DNA of 64,000 bases, from NCBI GenBank assembly GCA_963792585.1, contig CAWBWI010000003.1, positions 544,001 to 608,000 of the forward strand. The letters are read 5' to 3'. The stretch is from Candidatus Eiseniibacteriota bacterium (lineage in GTDB: Bacteria; Eisenbacteria; RBG-16-71-46; CAIMUX01; VGJL01). A program made the position numbers and the translations under genes. This document shows positions 53,012 through 62,269 of the stretch, piece by piece (position 1 is the first letter of the stretch; every line of letters starts with the position of its first letter). Under the pieces are notes generated by a model that worked only from the letters and a program-made list of their open reading frames with translations, made no database searches and had not been told where the DNA came from.

Positions 53012-53383
53012 GTGAAGCGTAAACCTTGGCAAACACTCGGCTACGACCCACTCCTGGTTCCGCTCCCCAAGCTCCTCGATGACCTGCGTGATCGCGTGCG
53101 TCCGGAGCTTCCACTTCGGACTACGAGTGTTGTGGCCCTACTCGAGCGCCTGAACCACGAGGCGAACATGATGACCGTGGGCGGCTGGGTTCTCCTGAGC
53201 CGGGATCTCCCTCGGCTCTTGCTCGACGTCATCCTCGTGACTCGCGTCGGGCTCCTTCCGGCGACGTCGATCTGTCCGCCCGAGTACACACAGACGATTG
53301 AGCGCGAGCTTGAGTCGCTCGACCACCGACTCTTGCTCCTCGAAGCTGAAGGACAAGGGAGGCTAGCTCACCCGCCGCGGTAG
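53012..53383 (+). CDS. Hypothetical protein
   Basis: 123-aa Leu-rich ORF. Confidence 0.45.
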   Translation: MKRKPWQTLGYDPLLVPLPKLLDDLRDRVRPELPLRTTSVVALLERLNHEANMMTVGGWVLLSRDLPRLLLDVILVTRVGLLPATSICPPEYTQTIERELESLDHRLLLLEAEGQGRLAHPPR

Positions 53384-53398
53384 GCGGGGAATGCGTCG

Positions 53399-53438
53399 CA
53401 AGGGGGAGGTCCGAGTGCTCAGACCTCCCTCCCCCTTG
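53399..53438. terminator. Hairpin between convergent genes
   Basis: AAGGGGGAGGTC...GACCTCCCTCCCCCTTG. Confidence 0.5.
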
Positions 53439-55040
53439 TCAGGTTTCTCGTGGCGTGATTTGATAGGGGTCGGTGGCCGCACCGGACGCATTCTCGAGGT
53501 CAGGAATCACGAAGTATTCGGTCGTATCCTGGATCCAGGTTCTGACGTCCTCCCACCGGGTGCACCAGTTCGACAATGACCCCGCATCCGAGATGAGACT
53601 GAACGGATTCTTGAGTAGGATTCGCAGTTTTCGGTCGCGGAGCGTCGAGTTCAGACCGACTGCCTCGAGTATCATCCGGCGCTGAACCGGCGTCCCGGAT
53701 CGAAACGTTTCCGCAGCCCGGGCCGCGAAACTGAATGTTGACGCAGTAAGTCCGGCAAGTTCCTCTCGTGATCGCATCGGTGCCGCCAGGCGAGCCTGGA
53801 GGCTCTTTTCGCGTTCATCCATCTCTTGCTTCCGACTCAGGTACGTTTCATCCGGGACGAGTTCCTTCAGACGCAATGTCAGGAGGTTTCCGGCCTCCCG
53901 CCGGACGGATGCCAACGACTTCTCGAGCATCCGACGGGATGATTCGCTCCGCGCGTGTTCGCTCGCGAGCGTCTGCCGCACGCGTCCGAGCACCCACTCC
54001 AGAACTCGCTCAGGCATCGTGAGTCGAGCCAGGACACGCTCGATCTGTACTTCGAGATCCCCTTCCGCGACCGCGGCCTCGCGACAGGTCCTTCCGGTCC
54101 GATTCCAGGAGCAGCGATAGTAGACGTACCGGCGGCCCGATGGCTTGACGTGCTCTTCGGCCGACACGCTCGCGCCGCAGTTGCCGCACCGGAGTAGTCC
54201 GGTATATGCGAACGCGTGTCTCTTGGGTCGCGGGCGTCCCGGCCGTCCCAGGAGTTCCTGAACGCGCACGAACTCCTCACGCGTCACCATGACCGGGTGC
54301 GATCCCGGGAAGGTCTCGCCGGATCGCAACCGGAGCACGCCCATGTAGTACGGATTCGCGAAGATCTTGTAGAGCGCCGACGCGGTGAGCGGCTGCCCTC
54401 CGGTCCGCTTGAACTGCCGGGTACGGAAGCCCCAGTCCTTGTTCGCGATCGCGCGAATCTGAGACGGTCGCACGGTTCCGGTCAGCATGAGCTCCCACAT
54501 GCGCCGAACCAAGTCGAAGCGCTTCGGGTCCTTTACGATCGTCTTCGCGAGAGGGTCGTTGACGTAGCCGAGGGGCGGCAAGAAGTTCGGCCACCCGCGC
54601 TGGAACCGCGCGCGATTGCCCCGCTTCACGTTCGCTCGGAGGTCGTCGATGAACTTCGTTGCGATGCCCAGCTCGAAGTTCCCCATGAAGCGGTCGTTTC
54701 CGTCTCTGGTGTACGTGCGGTCGGATGTAACGACTTCCTCCAGTTTGCCGTCGGCGAGTGCCTGGAGAATGGCGCCTGTGTCCAGATGGTTGCGCGCAAG
54801 GCGGTCCATCTTCCAGCAAATGACCCCACGAATCTGCCGCCGGTCAATCCGACGCATGAGGTTCCCGAACACGGGCCTCCCTGGCGCCTTCGCCGACTTC
54901 GCTTCGGTAAGCACCTCATGGACCGCAATCCCTTTCCGCGCGGCAATGGAGTGGAGTTCTCGTACCTGAGAATCGATCGAGAGGACCTGGCGGTCTTCCG
55001 ATTCTGTCGATTTGCGGGCGTAGATGACGTAAGGGGTCAT
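53439..55040 (-). CDS. Large serine recombinase (resolvase, recombinase and Zn-ribbon domains)
   Basis: YARKSTESEDRQVLSIDSQ, KMDRLARN, PPLGY, NPYYMG and CGNCG...YYRC motifs. Confidence 0.95.
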   Translation of the reverse strand: MTPYVIYARKSTESEDRQVLSIDSQVRELHSIAARKGIAVHEVLTEAKSAKAPGRPVFGNLMRRIDRRQIRGVICWKMDRLARNHLDTGAILQALADGKLEEVVTSDRTYTRDGNDRFMGNFELGIATKFIDDLRANVKRGNRARFQRGWPNFLPPLGYVNDPLAKTIVKDPKRFDLVRRMWELMLTGTVRPSQIRAIANKDWGFRTRQFKRTGGQPLTASALYKIFANPYYMGVLRLRSGETFPGSHPVMVTREEFVRVQELLGRPGRPRPKRHAFAYTGLLRCGNCGASVSAEEHVKPSGRRYVYYRCSWNRTGRTCREAAVAEGDLEVQIERVLARLTMPERVLEWVLGRVRQTLASEHARSESSRRMLEKSLASVRREAGNLLTLRLKELVPDETYLSRKQEMDEREKSLQARLAAPMRSREELAGLTASTFSFAARAAETFRSGTPVQRRMILEAVGLNSTLRDRKLRILLKNPFSLISDAGSLSNWCTRWEDVRTWIQDTTEYFVIPDLENASGAATDPYQITPRET

Positions 55041-55055
55041 AGAAGGAGGGGGAAA

Positions 55056-55304
55056 TCACACTACCGTTTTTGTCGCCGCGGTGTCGAGTGCGACGACGTC
55101 TGAACTCGGACGGCCGGCGGCGCCGGGATCCTCTGGGAGCGGTGAGAGGAGCATCCGCATCAAGGCAATCAGTTCAATCGCTCGATTCCACGCGTCGTGG
55201 TCCGACAGCTCCACGCCGGTCTCGGCCTTCACCAATTCCGCGAATTCGCGAACATCACCTGGCCCGAGCGGAACACTTGGGGAAGAGAGATCGTCTAACT
55301 CCAT
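55056..55304 (-). CDS. Small protein directly upstream of the recombinase
   Basis: DVREFAELVKAETGVELSDHDAWNRAIELIALM. Confidence 0.7.
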   Translation of the reverse strand: MELDDLSSPSVPLGPGDVREFAELVKAETGVELSDHDAWNRAIELIALMRMLLSPLPEDPGAAGRPSSDVVALDTAATKTVV

Positions 55305-55486
55305 CGGGGTTGTTGCATCGTCCGCAGTCACGCCTCCAGCGTGACACCGCACCGGGAAGAGCTGTACGGATGGCGAGGACTGACCTATTGGACCTCGTGA
55401 GGATTATATGAGTTATCCACAACTCGTCCGAATCCCCAGGCCATGCCCCCTCTTTTCCTCTCTGCTGGGCGGATTATTCTAGACTC

Positions 55487-55771
55487 ATGCCACCACAGTT
55501 CACCCTCCGGAGGGGTCGGTGCCCGGTGCGCTACCCGAACCAGATACGGGAATACCGCCTCCGAGACAAATTTACGCAGCGGGATCTCGCACGAGAGACC
55601 GGTGTGAGCCGGAGCATGATCTCGGCTTGGGAATGCGGCCAGATGCTGCCTTCCGCGCCGAATCTCTTCAAGCTCGCGCGGGCGCTCTCCACGCTCTGCG
55701 AAGCGCTCTACCCGGCCCTGCGCGCAGCCGAGCGCGGTTTGGATCCCTCCGTTGAGACACAGATCGAGTGA
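55487..55771 (+). CDS. XRE HTH regulator
   Basis: NQIREYRLRDKFTQRDLARETGVSRSMISAWECG. Confidence 0.85.
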   Translation: MPPQFTLRRGRCPVRYPNQIREYRLRDKFTQRDLARETGVSRSMISAWECGQMLPSAPNLFKLARALSTLCEALYPALRAAERGLDPSVETQIE

Positions 55772-56406
55772 CCAATTCCCTGGATACCGTTCCTAGCTCG
55801 GCGGTCAAAGCCCCGCTTAGCCTCTCGCGTCCCGTCGACATCCTGGGACCGGCGATCTGGCTCTACGTCGCGCTCGTCAACGCTGCGGGCACATCGGGGC
55901 TGGCCATCCGTACGCGATCGCGCCTGGCGAGAGATCTCAGCGTCCCCGAGTCTGCCATCGACGGCTGGCTCGTGCAGCTCGTGAAAGCCGGGCTCGTGAC
56001 GGTTCACAGCCCCCTGCCGTTCCTTGTCCTGACGCTCCGATTCTGGTCTGGTAGCGAGGCGAATGAGCGTGGAAACCCGAGCAAGAGCGGGGAGCAGACC
56101 GCAGCCGCACTAGATAGCGTACCCGTCAGCAGCAGAGCAGAAGCTATAGCTCTTAGAAATGATTCTGTTGGGGATAGGGGGCTGGGGGAAGGGGAAACGC
56201 TCCGCAGCGAGGTCCTTGTCGTCCTGCCCGACATCGATGCCGGCGAACTCGAGAAAATCCTCGCGCGGTATCCGGCCGAGACGATCCGACAGGCAATCAC
56301 ACGGGTCAAGCGCACGCCCGAGCGTTCGATCCGGAAGTCCAAGGCCGCACTCTTCCGCTACCTCCTCGGGAAGTTCTCCCAATCCCCCCATGCCAACAAC
56401 CCCTGA
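55768..56406 (+). CDS. Winged-helix protein A1 (replication-initiator-like)
   Basis: AIWLYVAL...LARDLSVPESAIDGWL..L; C-terminal IRKSKAALFRYLL. Confidence 0.65.
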   Translation: MTNSLDTVPSSAVKAPLSLSRPVDILGPAIWLYVALVNAAGTSGLAIRTRSRLARDLSVPESAIDGWLVQLVKAGLVTVHSPLPFLVLTLRFWSGSEANERGNPSKSGEQTAAALDSVPVSSRAEAIALRNDSVGDRGLGEGETLRSEVLVVLPDIDAGELEKILARYPAETIRQAITRVKRTPERSIRKSKAALFRYLLGKFSQSPHANNP

Positions 56407-56938
56407 CCGCCTCACGATCTCTCTCTCTCGATCGCTTCTCTTCCACCCGCGAGCCTTCCACGTGCGCCGAATGCACTTCGCCCTCTGGCTCTACCTGGCG
56501 ATCCTTGCCATCCTGCCGGCGAAGTCGGACGCCGTCGAAGTGAGCCCACGGGATCTCGGGACCGCGATGGGTCTCCCGGAAGGAACGGTGCGTGGCTGGC
56601 TCGGCCATCTCCGGAAGCACCGGTACCTCGCGGTCCGTTCGGTAAACGGAGTGACTTGCGTCCGGTTGAAGCGCCACGTCCACGTGGATCTGCCGAAGGA
56701 GTCGCCGCCCGAACGCTTCTTCACGGTTCCGAAGCTCGAACGGGCCTTGGGGGAGACCGGGTACCGGCAACTGCTCGATGGCGCTCTCGCCACCTTCCCG
56801 GACGCAGTCGTGAAGCCGGCCCTCGCCGCGGCCCTCGCGGTCCCAGCTTCCGAGATCCGTCGCTCCCGAACTGCCCTCTTTCTTTATCTCCTCAAACATC
56901 ACCCAAATGAGGCACCCATCAACGATCCTCGCCATTGA
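56390..56938 (+). CDS. Winged-helix protein A2, paralog of A1
   Basis: ALWLYLAI...LGTAMGLPEGTVRGWL..L; C-terminal IRRSRTALFLYLL. Confidence 0.65.
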   Translation: MPTTPDRLTISLSRSLLFHPRAFHVRRMHFALWLYLAILAILPAKSDAVEVSPRDLGTAMGLPEGTVRGWLGHLRKHRYLAVRSVNGVTCVRLKRHVHVDLPKESPPERFFTVPKLERALGETGYRQLLDGALATFPDAVVKPALAAALAVPASEIRRSRTALFLYLLKHHPNEAPINDPRH

Positions 56939-57401
56939 CCCCGGGCTTCGAGACCTCGGTTACGCCGTCCTTCGCGGACGCACGCTCGTGGATTCCGGAG
57001 TGCGGACTTTCCGCTTTGTGCCGAACAATCAACGGCACGCGGCGATCCTCCGGGCGCTATGGGACTGGATCGAGCGTTACCGGCCCACCGTTCTCGTTCT
57101 TGAGGCCACGCCGGGGAATGGGCATCCCACCTTCCGAGCGCTGAGAAGGTTGAGCCGTGCCATCCGGCGGCTCTCAGGGGCTGCCGGCATTCCGTGCTTC
57201 GAGTACCCCGCCCAGACCGTCCGAAAGGCTCTCGTGGGCAATGGCTGGGCGAGCAAGCGGGACGTGGCAGTAGCTCTGGCGAGCCAATATCCGACGCTCC
57301 GGATCTACGTCGCGCAGAACCGGGAGTGGAAAGAGAAATACTTCCAGAACATGTTCGATGCGCTCGCGTTGGCCGTTCATCACGAGAGGCACGGCCGATA
57401 G
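56907..57401 (+). CDS. ruvC: RuvC-family nuclease B1
   Basis: ILAIDPG, VLVLE, GNGWASKRDV and NMFDALA motifs. Confidence 0.85.
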   Translation: MRHPSTILAIDPGLRDLGYAVLRGRTLVDSGVRTFRFVPNNQRHAAILRALWDWIERYRPTVLVLEATPGNGHPTFRALRRLSRAIRRLSGAAGIPCFEYPAQTVRKALVGNGWASKRDVAVALASQYPTLRIYVAQNREWKEKYFQNMFDALALAVHHERHGR

Positions 57402-57562
57402 CCCAACCGCCCTCCCGGGGCCTCATCTGAGGCTCGTTCCCATCGGCAGCTCTCCTTGCGGACTGCCCCGTGCACCGCCGATTCCCGCGCAAGAAGGGAC
57501 CGGAACCGCACGGTCCTCTCGGGAGGGCACCACCTCATCCAAATTTCACTTCAACACGCACT

Positions 57563-58066
57563 ATGCTTCCCATCATCCTCGGCATCGATCCCGGCACGAA
57601 GTATCTCGGCATGGCCGTCACGGACGGCCAGCGCTTCCTCGGCGGAGGCGTCCACACACTCCAGAATGGGCACCGGCCGCATGACGTCATCGGACAAGCG
57701 CGGAAGGTCGTCCTCTCTTATGTGGAGCGGTTCAACCCGAAGATCGTGGCGATCGAGAAGCCGCTCCTCTACCCAACCAAGCGAGCGGCGCTCGTCTCGG
57801 TCATATCTGAAGAATTGCAGGCGCGCTCTCGTGATATCGGCATCACCGTGCACGAGATCGGCGCCCGTGAGGCGCGCCAGATGGTCCTCGGAAATGAGCG
57901 GGCAACGAAGTTCGATGTCGCGCACGCGCTCGTGAAGATGGGGTTCACGGAACTGCAGGAGAAGCTACCCGCGAAGCCGCCGCACCCGGTGCTGGGGTAT
58001 CCGGCCAAGGAGCTGTACTGGTTGCACATGTTCGACGCGCTGGCCATTGCGGTGGCAGTAGCATGA
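57563..58066 (+). CDS. ruvC: RuvC-family nuclease B2
   Basis: ILGIDPG, VAIEK, GNERATKFDV and HMFDALA motifs. Confidence 0.85.
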   Translation: MLPIILGIDPGTKYLGMAVTDGQRFLGGGVHTLQNGHRPHDVIGQARKVVLSYVERFNPKIVAIEKPLLYPTKRAALVSVISEELQARSRDIGITVHEIGAREARQMVLGNERATKFDVAHALVKMGFTELQEKLPAKPPHPVLGYPAKELYWLHMFDALAIAVAVA

Positions 58067-58305
58067 AGGGGTCGACGCGGGCCTGGGCAAGAGTAGAGAG
58101 TCTCGGAGCTTGTCGGCCGCAGGCGCGTCCAAGTAAGTAGTTTGGGAAATGGCGAAGTCCGGATGACCCAGACTCCCCGAGAACGCCACCATTATGGATC
58201 GCGACCGGCTGCGGCCTTCTGACATCTCGACGTCAACTCTCGAAGAGGCGAAGATAATATGCGGTCGACCATTCTCAGAATATCAGATCAAAAGGGGAGA
58301 GAGCC

Positions 58306-59199
58306 ATGGAAGCATACGCCTTCTATATCCGGTGCGTGCTGACAGGAGGTGACTTTGAAATTGATGAGTGGGAAATGCGTCTGCCGCTTCCGAAACCGGC
58401 GCGACCAATCGACGCGACGTTAGGGAAGCTGGTAGGTCGGACAGCGGAGTGGACGCTACACCTTCGGGCGAACGGGTTCCCGTCGGAGGCGGAAGCACGA
58501 GCCGTAGCCGTGCCGGTGAGGACGGCCATCGTGCTTGCCGGAGTGCTCCTCGGTGTTGGGATCGACGTCGGGTCTGAACAGACAGTGGGTCACCCACCGG
58601 CGACGACGACGGCTGGTCCATCGGGGCTGGTGATCGGACCCGAGATCGGCGGGAAAGGGTCTCTAAATGTCTGGGCTGGCCGCCCGGTGAGGAGGCTCCT
58701 CCCAGGCGACTTCGAGGAGGCCTTCGCTGAGAGCTACGCGTTGGATAGACCGCTCACCAAGAGGCAGATTCTCGCGACGCAGCTCTATAACCAGTCGCAC
58801 TTCCACACGTCAGAGGCTGCCCGTCTGTTCACGTTGATCTCGGCCGTGGAATCCATGGCGGAACGAGGTTCCAAATCTCCGGCCGCGGTCGCGCTAGTAC
58901 AGCGCATGATCGAACTGACCGGGCCGAAGAGTGATGTAGAGGAAGACGAGCTCGTGGCCCTGCGCAATGGGCTCCTGGATCTGCGGCGGCAGTCGATCTC
59001 CGCAGCGTGTCGAGCGCTCGTGCGGACACACTGTGGAGCACCCGCCGAGAAGAGCTTCGTACAAGCATACTCCCTCCGAAGCGCGTTGCTCCACGATGGT
59101 GAGCCGCCCTCCGGGACCGACCTAGCGGCAGAGTCCCGTGAGCTGGACGCGCTCGTCAGACTTCTTGTGACTCGCCACGTGGCGCTGATCGCAAGGTAA
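58306..59199 (+). CDS. HEPN-domain (ApeA-like) protein
   Basis: LFTLISAVE and AYSLRSALLHDG (R-X4-H). Confidence 0.75.
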   Translation: MEAYAFYIRCVLTGGDFEIDEWEMRLPLPKPARPIDATLGKLVGRTAEWTLHLRANGFPSEAEARAVAVPVRTAIVLAGVLLGVGIDVGSEQTVGHPPATTTAGPSGLVIGPEIGGKGSLNVWAGRPVRRLLPGDFEEAFAESYALDRPLTKRQILATQLYNQSHFHTSEAARLFTLISAVESMAERGSKSPAAVALVQRMIELTGPKSDVEEDELVALRNGLLDLRRQSISAACRALVRTHCGAPAEKSFVQAYSLRSALLHDGEPPSGTDLAAESRELDALVRLLVTRHVALIAR

Positions 59200-59418
59200 A
59201 GTGCGAACTGATTAGTGGTGGGGAAGAGAGTCAAATCGCGGTAGGGGCGCCGGGCGACCGGTCGCTCTACCGCGAGTAGTGTGGTGCCAAGATCAGCGGC
59301 ATGTGTGTGTTGTCGACAATGGCATGGATTCTACAACTCAAGGGCGATATCCTGTCGGATGCAAAGAGGCCGCTGGTACTTGGGTGGCCACTCGGGCCGG
59401 CGACATTGGAGGTGGAGG

Positions 59419-59928
59419 CTGGACACGAATACGAGGAAGGAGCTCTTCGAGTACGCCAAGGTGGCGTTTCTCGAGCACGTTCGGATCGACGACCTGGTCG
59501 AGGTGAAGGCGCTACGCTACCTCACGGTCCTGACCGTCGTTCTCGGGGTGGCGGCGTTCTTTACGAATCGCATCCTTTCCACAGCCCTGCCGCCATCGTC
59601 GGGCCTTGATCGCATTCTCGTAACTGTGGGCGCAATTCTATTGATTTGGCTCCTCGTGGCATGGTCCGAGATCATCCGCCTTCTGGGCACGGGCGCCCTC
59701 CACACTTTGCCACTTAACTCGGCGGTGATAGGGTCATTTACGACCAACCCGGCAGACGACCTGTTCGTGTCGATAGCCAAAAGTATGGAGGACGGCCACG
59801 CCGAGAACGTCAAACGGACCAATCGCAAGTCAATAATCCTCAAGAGAGTGCACGGGATCATGAGGAGTGTGTTCGTTGTCTTTGTACTTTACGTTATCCT
59901 GATCGCGATACACCTCTGGACTCGGTAG
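59419..59928 (+). CDS. 3-TM membrane protein, same topology as 42413-42919; start uncertain (CTG after GGAGG)
   Basis: VEVKALRYL, two TMs, EN...NRKSIILKR, C-terminal TM. Confidence 0.6.
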   Translation: MDTNTRKELFEYAKVAFLEHVRIDDLVEVKALRYLTVLTVVLGVAAFFTNRILSTALPPSSGLDRILVTVGAILLIWLLVAWSEIIRLLGTGALHTLPLNSAVIGSFTTNPADDLFVSIAKSMEDGHAENVKRTNRKSIILKRVHGIMRSVFVVFVLYVILIAIHLWTR

Positions 59929-59954
59929 ACCGGAGAACACGAGGAGGACCCGCT

Positions 59955-60293
59955 ATGAACGAGGAGAGTCAGCAGCCAACGCCATCATCACCAGCACAAC
60001 TCAATGGTGCCCCGGATAGCGCGCCGACACCGACTCCGCCTCGGCCACAAATGTCCGGGGAAGGGACGCAGGCGGAACCGACCCCAGTCACCGAAGTCCC
60101 CGTCGGCGACGGACAGCCGGAAGCGCCAATCGTGGTCCCAATTCCTTTTCCATCAACGACAATACTGATACTCACGGCAGACCCGAAAGACCCGACCGGG
60201 ACGGTCGATGTTCCGGTCTCGAAATTGGATGCACCGTTCCCCAACGGCGCCAGCGAGGCAGAGGCTTCGTCACCGGGGTCGACGGACGAATAG
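59955..60293 (+). CDS. Pro-rich acidic, probably disordered protein
   Basis: GAGGAGG RBS; MNEESQQPTPSSPAQ...PTPTPPRP. Confidence 0.6.
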   Translation: MNEESQQPTPSSPAQLNGAPDSAPTPTPPRPQMSGEGTQAEPTPVTEVPVGDGQPEAPIVVPIPFPSTTILILTADPKDPTGTVDVPVSKLDAPFPNGASEAEASSPGSTDE

Positions 60294-60778
60294 GCCGGAC
60301 TTCAGGGTCGCTGGGTACAGCCGGGATTATGCTCAATGCTTCGATGGGCGGCGCGATCATCACGGGCGCTTCTCGGTCGAGTGCGCGCTCTCCCTCGGCC
60401 CGTAGGGGAGTGTGGGGGACGTCCTTCATATTGTTCGAGCCTATGAAGTGGAACAAAGATGGTCGAGTTCCTGAGAGGTAGAGGCCCTCCTTGTAGCGGT
60501 GCCTCTGGTTCCTCCGGTCCAAGATGTCCGTGGCTGAGCCTTCACCATTACGAGCTTCAAGCGGTACCGGAACCCCGCGGCCTCGCCCGACTCGCTGGCG
60601 CCACCAAGGTCCCGGGCTCTGAGGCAGGATCTTGGAGGAAGCGCCGTATTCGGGGTCCGGTTCCCGGCCCAAGGACAAGCACTGGTTGGACATGATCGAA
60701 GCGCCGGCGGTGGAAATCGAATCCCGCTCTTCGCTCGAGGCCGGAGCGATCGGCCCGGGTCAGATCCCAGCCAGCGAC

Positions 60779-61174
60779 CTATTCTCCAAGCGCGTCGAGG
60801 ATGCGCGCACGCTTTGCGACAGAGAGCGGATCGGCGAAGTCGGTCTCTGCGGTCGGCGATGCGAAGTCGGCCGACCCGTCGACCAGCGTCGGGCACGCCC
60901 AGAGAACCTCCTCGCCGCCAGCAACCCGGGGAGCGAGGTAGTAGGTGTTGCCGTCGTCTGGATTCGCGTAGGTCCTGTGCGCCGGATCAGATCGATCGCT
61001 ATCGGGTTCTGTCATCGCGACGGCGTTCTGACTGTCCTCCCAGCGGGCCAGCAACTCCTGGCCGCGGGGGCTGGCAAACGGAACGAATTCGGGGACCTGC
61101 CCGACCTCGGCCCGCCGGAACGCGCCCAACCGGGCATCGACGGTCCAACCTTCGAACACGGGAAGTGAATTCAT
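60779..61174 (-). CDS. Hypothetical protein
   Basis: MNSLPVFEGWTVDARLGAFRRAE..., coding-like 131 aa. Confidence 0.6.
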   Translation of the reverse strand: MNSLPVFEGWTVDARLGAFRRAEVGQVPEFVPFASPRGQELLARWEDSQNAVAMTEPDSDRSDPAHRTYANPDDGNTYYLAPRVAGGEEVLWACPTLVDGSADFASPTAETDFADPLSVAKRARILDALGE

Positions 61175-61238
61175 AGGTGTCTGGGGTTACTAATGAAATG
61201 AGACGGGTCCTTTGGAGGGCGGCGCTCCGCTGCCTGTT

Positions 61239-61511
61239 CTACGGCCGCTTGAGCGTCGCGTCGTGGTCGCCGATCACGCGGAGATAGAGCGTGTCCTCGT
61301 GGATCTGGAACGTGAGCCGGTATTTCATCGTCACGGTCGCTTCCCAGATGTCGAGGGTTCCCTGGATCCGCTTCGCCCGCAGGCTCGGATGGAAGGGCTT
61401 CCCGCCTTCCTTGGCGGCGAGGAGGCGGATCGCCTTGTCAGCGCGGGGCTGCACTTCTTTTGGGAGTGAGTGGTAGCAGACCGCGAAGGTCTCGGAGAAG
61501 ACGACCCTCAT
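61239..61511 (-). CDS. RelE/ParE-superfamily toxin
   Basis: MRVVFSETF...HPSLRAKRIQG...YRLTF...VIGDHD. Confidence 0.85.
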   Translation of the reverse strand: MRVVFSETFAVCYHSLPKEVQPRADKAIRLLAAKEGGKPFHPSLRAKRIQGTLDIWEATVTMKYRLTFQIHEDTLYLRVIGDHDATLKRP

Positions 61512-61801
61512 TGCTTTCGAGATGGCCGCTTCTTGAGGGCCAGGATGGCAGCGTCGGCGGATTCCGCTTCGAGCGTGCGCCCCGCCCGGAAGTCGGCGTC
61601 GGTTTTCGTCTCGAGCGCCCGCCAGCGGGGGCTCCAGAACCACGCTTGCTCTGGGTCGATTTCCGCAACGGCGGTGATGAGGATCCCCTGAGGAGTGGCC
61701 TCGAACGAGACGTATTGCCCCTCTTCCACGGGATAGGCCTTTCGAACGTCCTCCGGGATCGTGACCTGGAACTTCCGGCGGATCCGGGCTTTGGTGGCCA
61801 T
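61508..61801 (-). CDS. AbrB/MazE-family antitoxin
   Basis: KFQVTIPEDVRKAYPVEEGQ...QAWFWSPRW; ATGA overlap. Confidence 0.88.
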   Translation of the reverse strand: MATKARIRRKFQVTIPEDVRKAYPVEEGQYVSFEATPQGILITAVAEIDPEQAWFWSPRWRALETKTDADFRAGRTLEAESADAAILALKKRPSRKQ

Positions 61802-61857
61802 TTCGGGCTCCTTGAGGTGGGTTGGCATGCGGTTGAGAGTTAGAGAATCGTACTGTC

Positions 61858-61886
61858 AGACTAGCGTACTATCGGAATCATGTCAA
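61858..61886 (-). promoter_or_regulatory. Sigma70-like promoter of the TA operon with overlapping direct repeats
   Basis: TTGACA-N17-TAGTCT; CGTACTGTCAGA / CGTACTATCGGA repeat. Confidence 0.65.
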
Positions 61887-62269
61887 ACGGGATTTTCCAG
61901 TCATGGGGGGGTCGCCGATCCGTATCGCCTCTCGTCCGGCCCCCTGCCTGCCAAGGAGGGGTTTGTTATCGCCTTCGTTTCCGCTTCGTTCGGGCGGCCC
62001 CACGAGGTGGAAACCGTGGGTCTTGCCTACCACAAGGGGCAGTCGGGCCCGGTGGCACGCGCCCTTGAGCTGGCGAAGCAGCGCCGATGATTGGCTCCTG
62101 GGAAGACTGACTTGCGACCTCGGCCGGTCATCAAGGGGGGATCAGGTCAACGGCTGCTGTCGCGTAGGCGTGAGGGAATTTTCAGGATCGTCTTTTGCTG
62201 TACCAGATAGAGCTACTCCGCCATGCAGCACCGCAGTGACCAAGAAGGCAATGCTGATCTGGACTCTCA

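Noticed and set aside
57401..57530. GCCCAAC after the ruvC stop as an integron attC site
   Set aside because: No complementary GTTRRRY closes the stem, and there is no integron integrase in the window
56907..58066. RuvC genes as TnpB/Cas12/IscB/TasR RNA-guided nucleases
   Set aside because: Only about 165 aa each with a contiguous RuvC fold; no Zn-finger, REC or Nop region and no repeat array seen nearby
60172..60693. 173-aa minus-strand ORF as a real gene
   Set aside because: No recognisable motif, overlaps the convergent Pro-rich ORF, and is probably frameshifted debris
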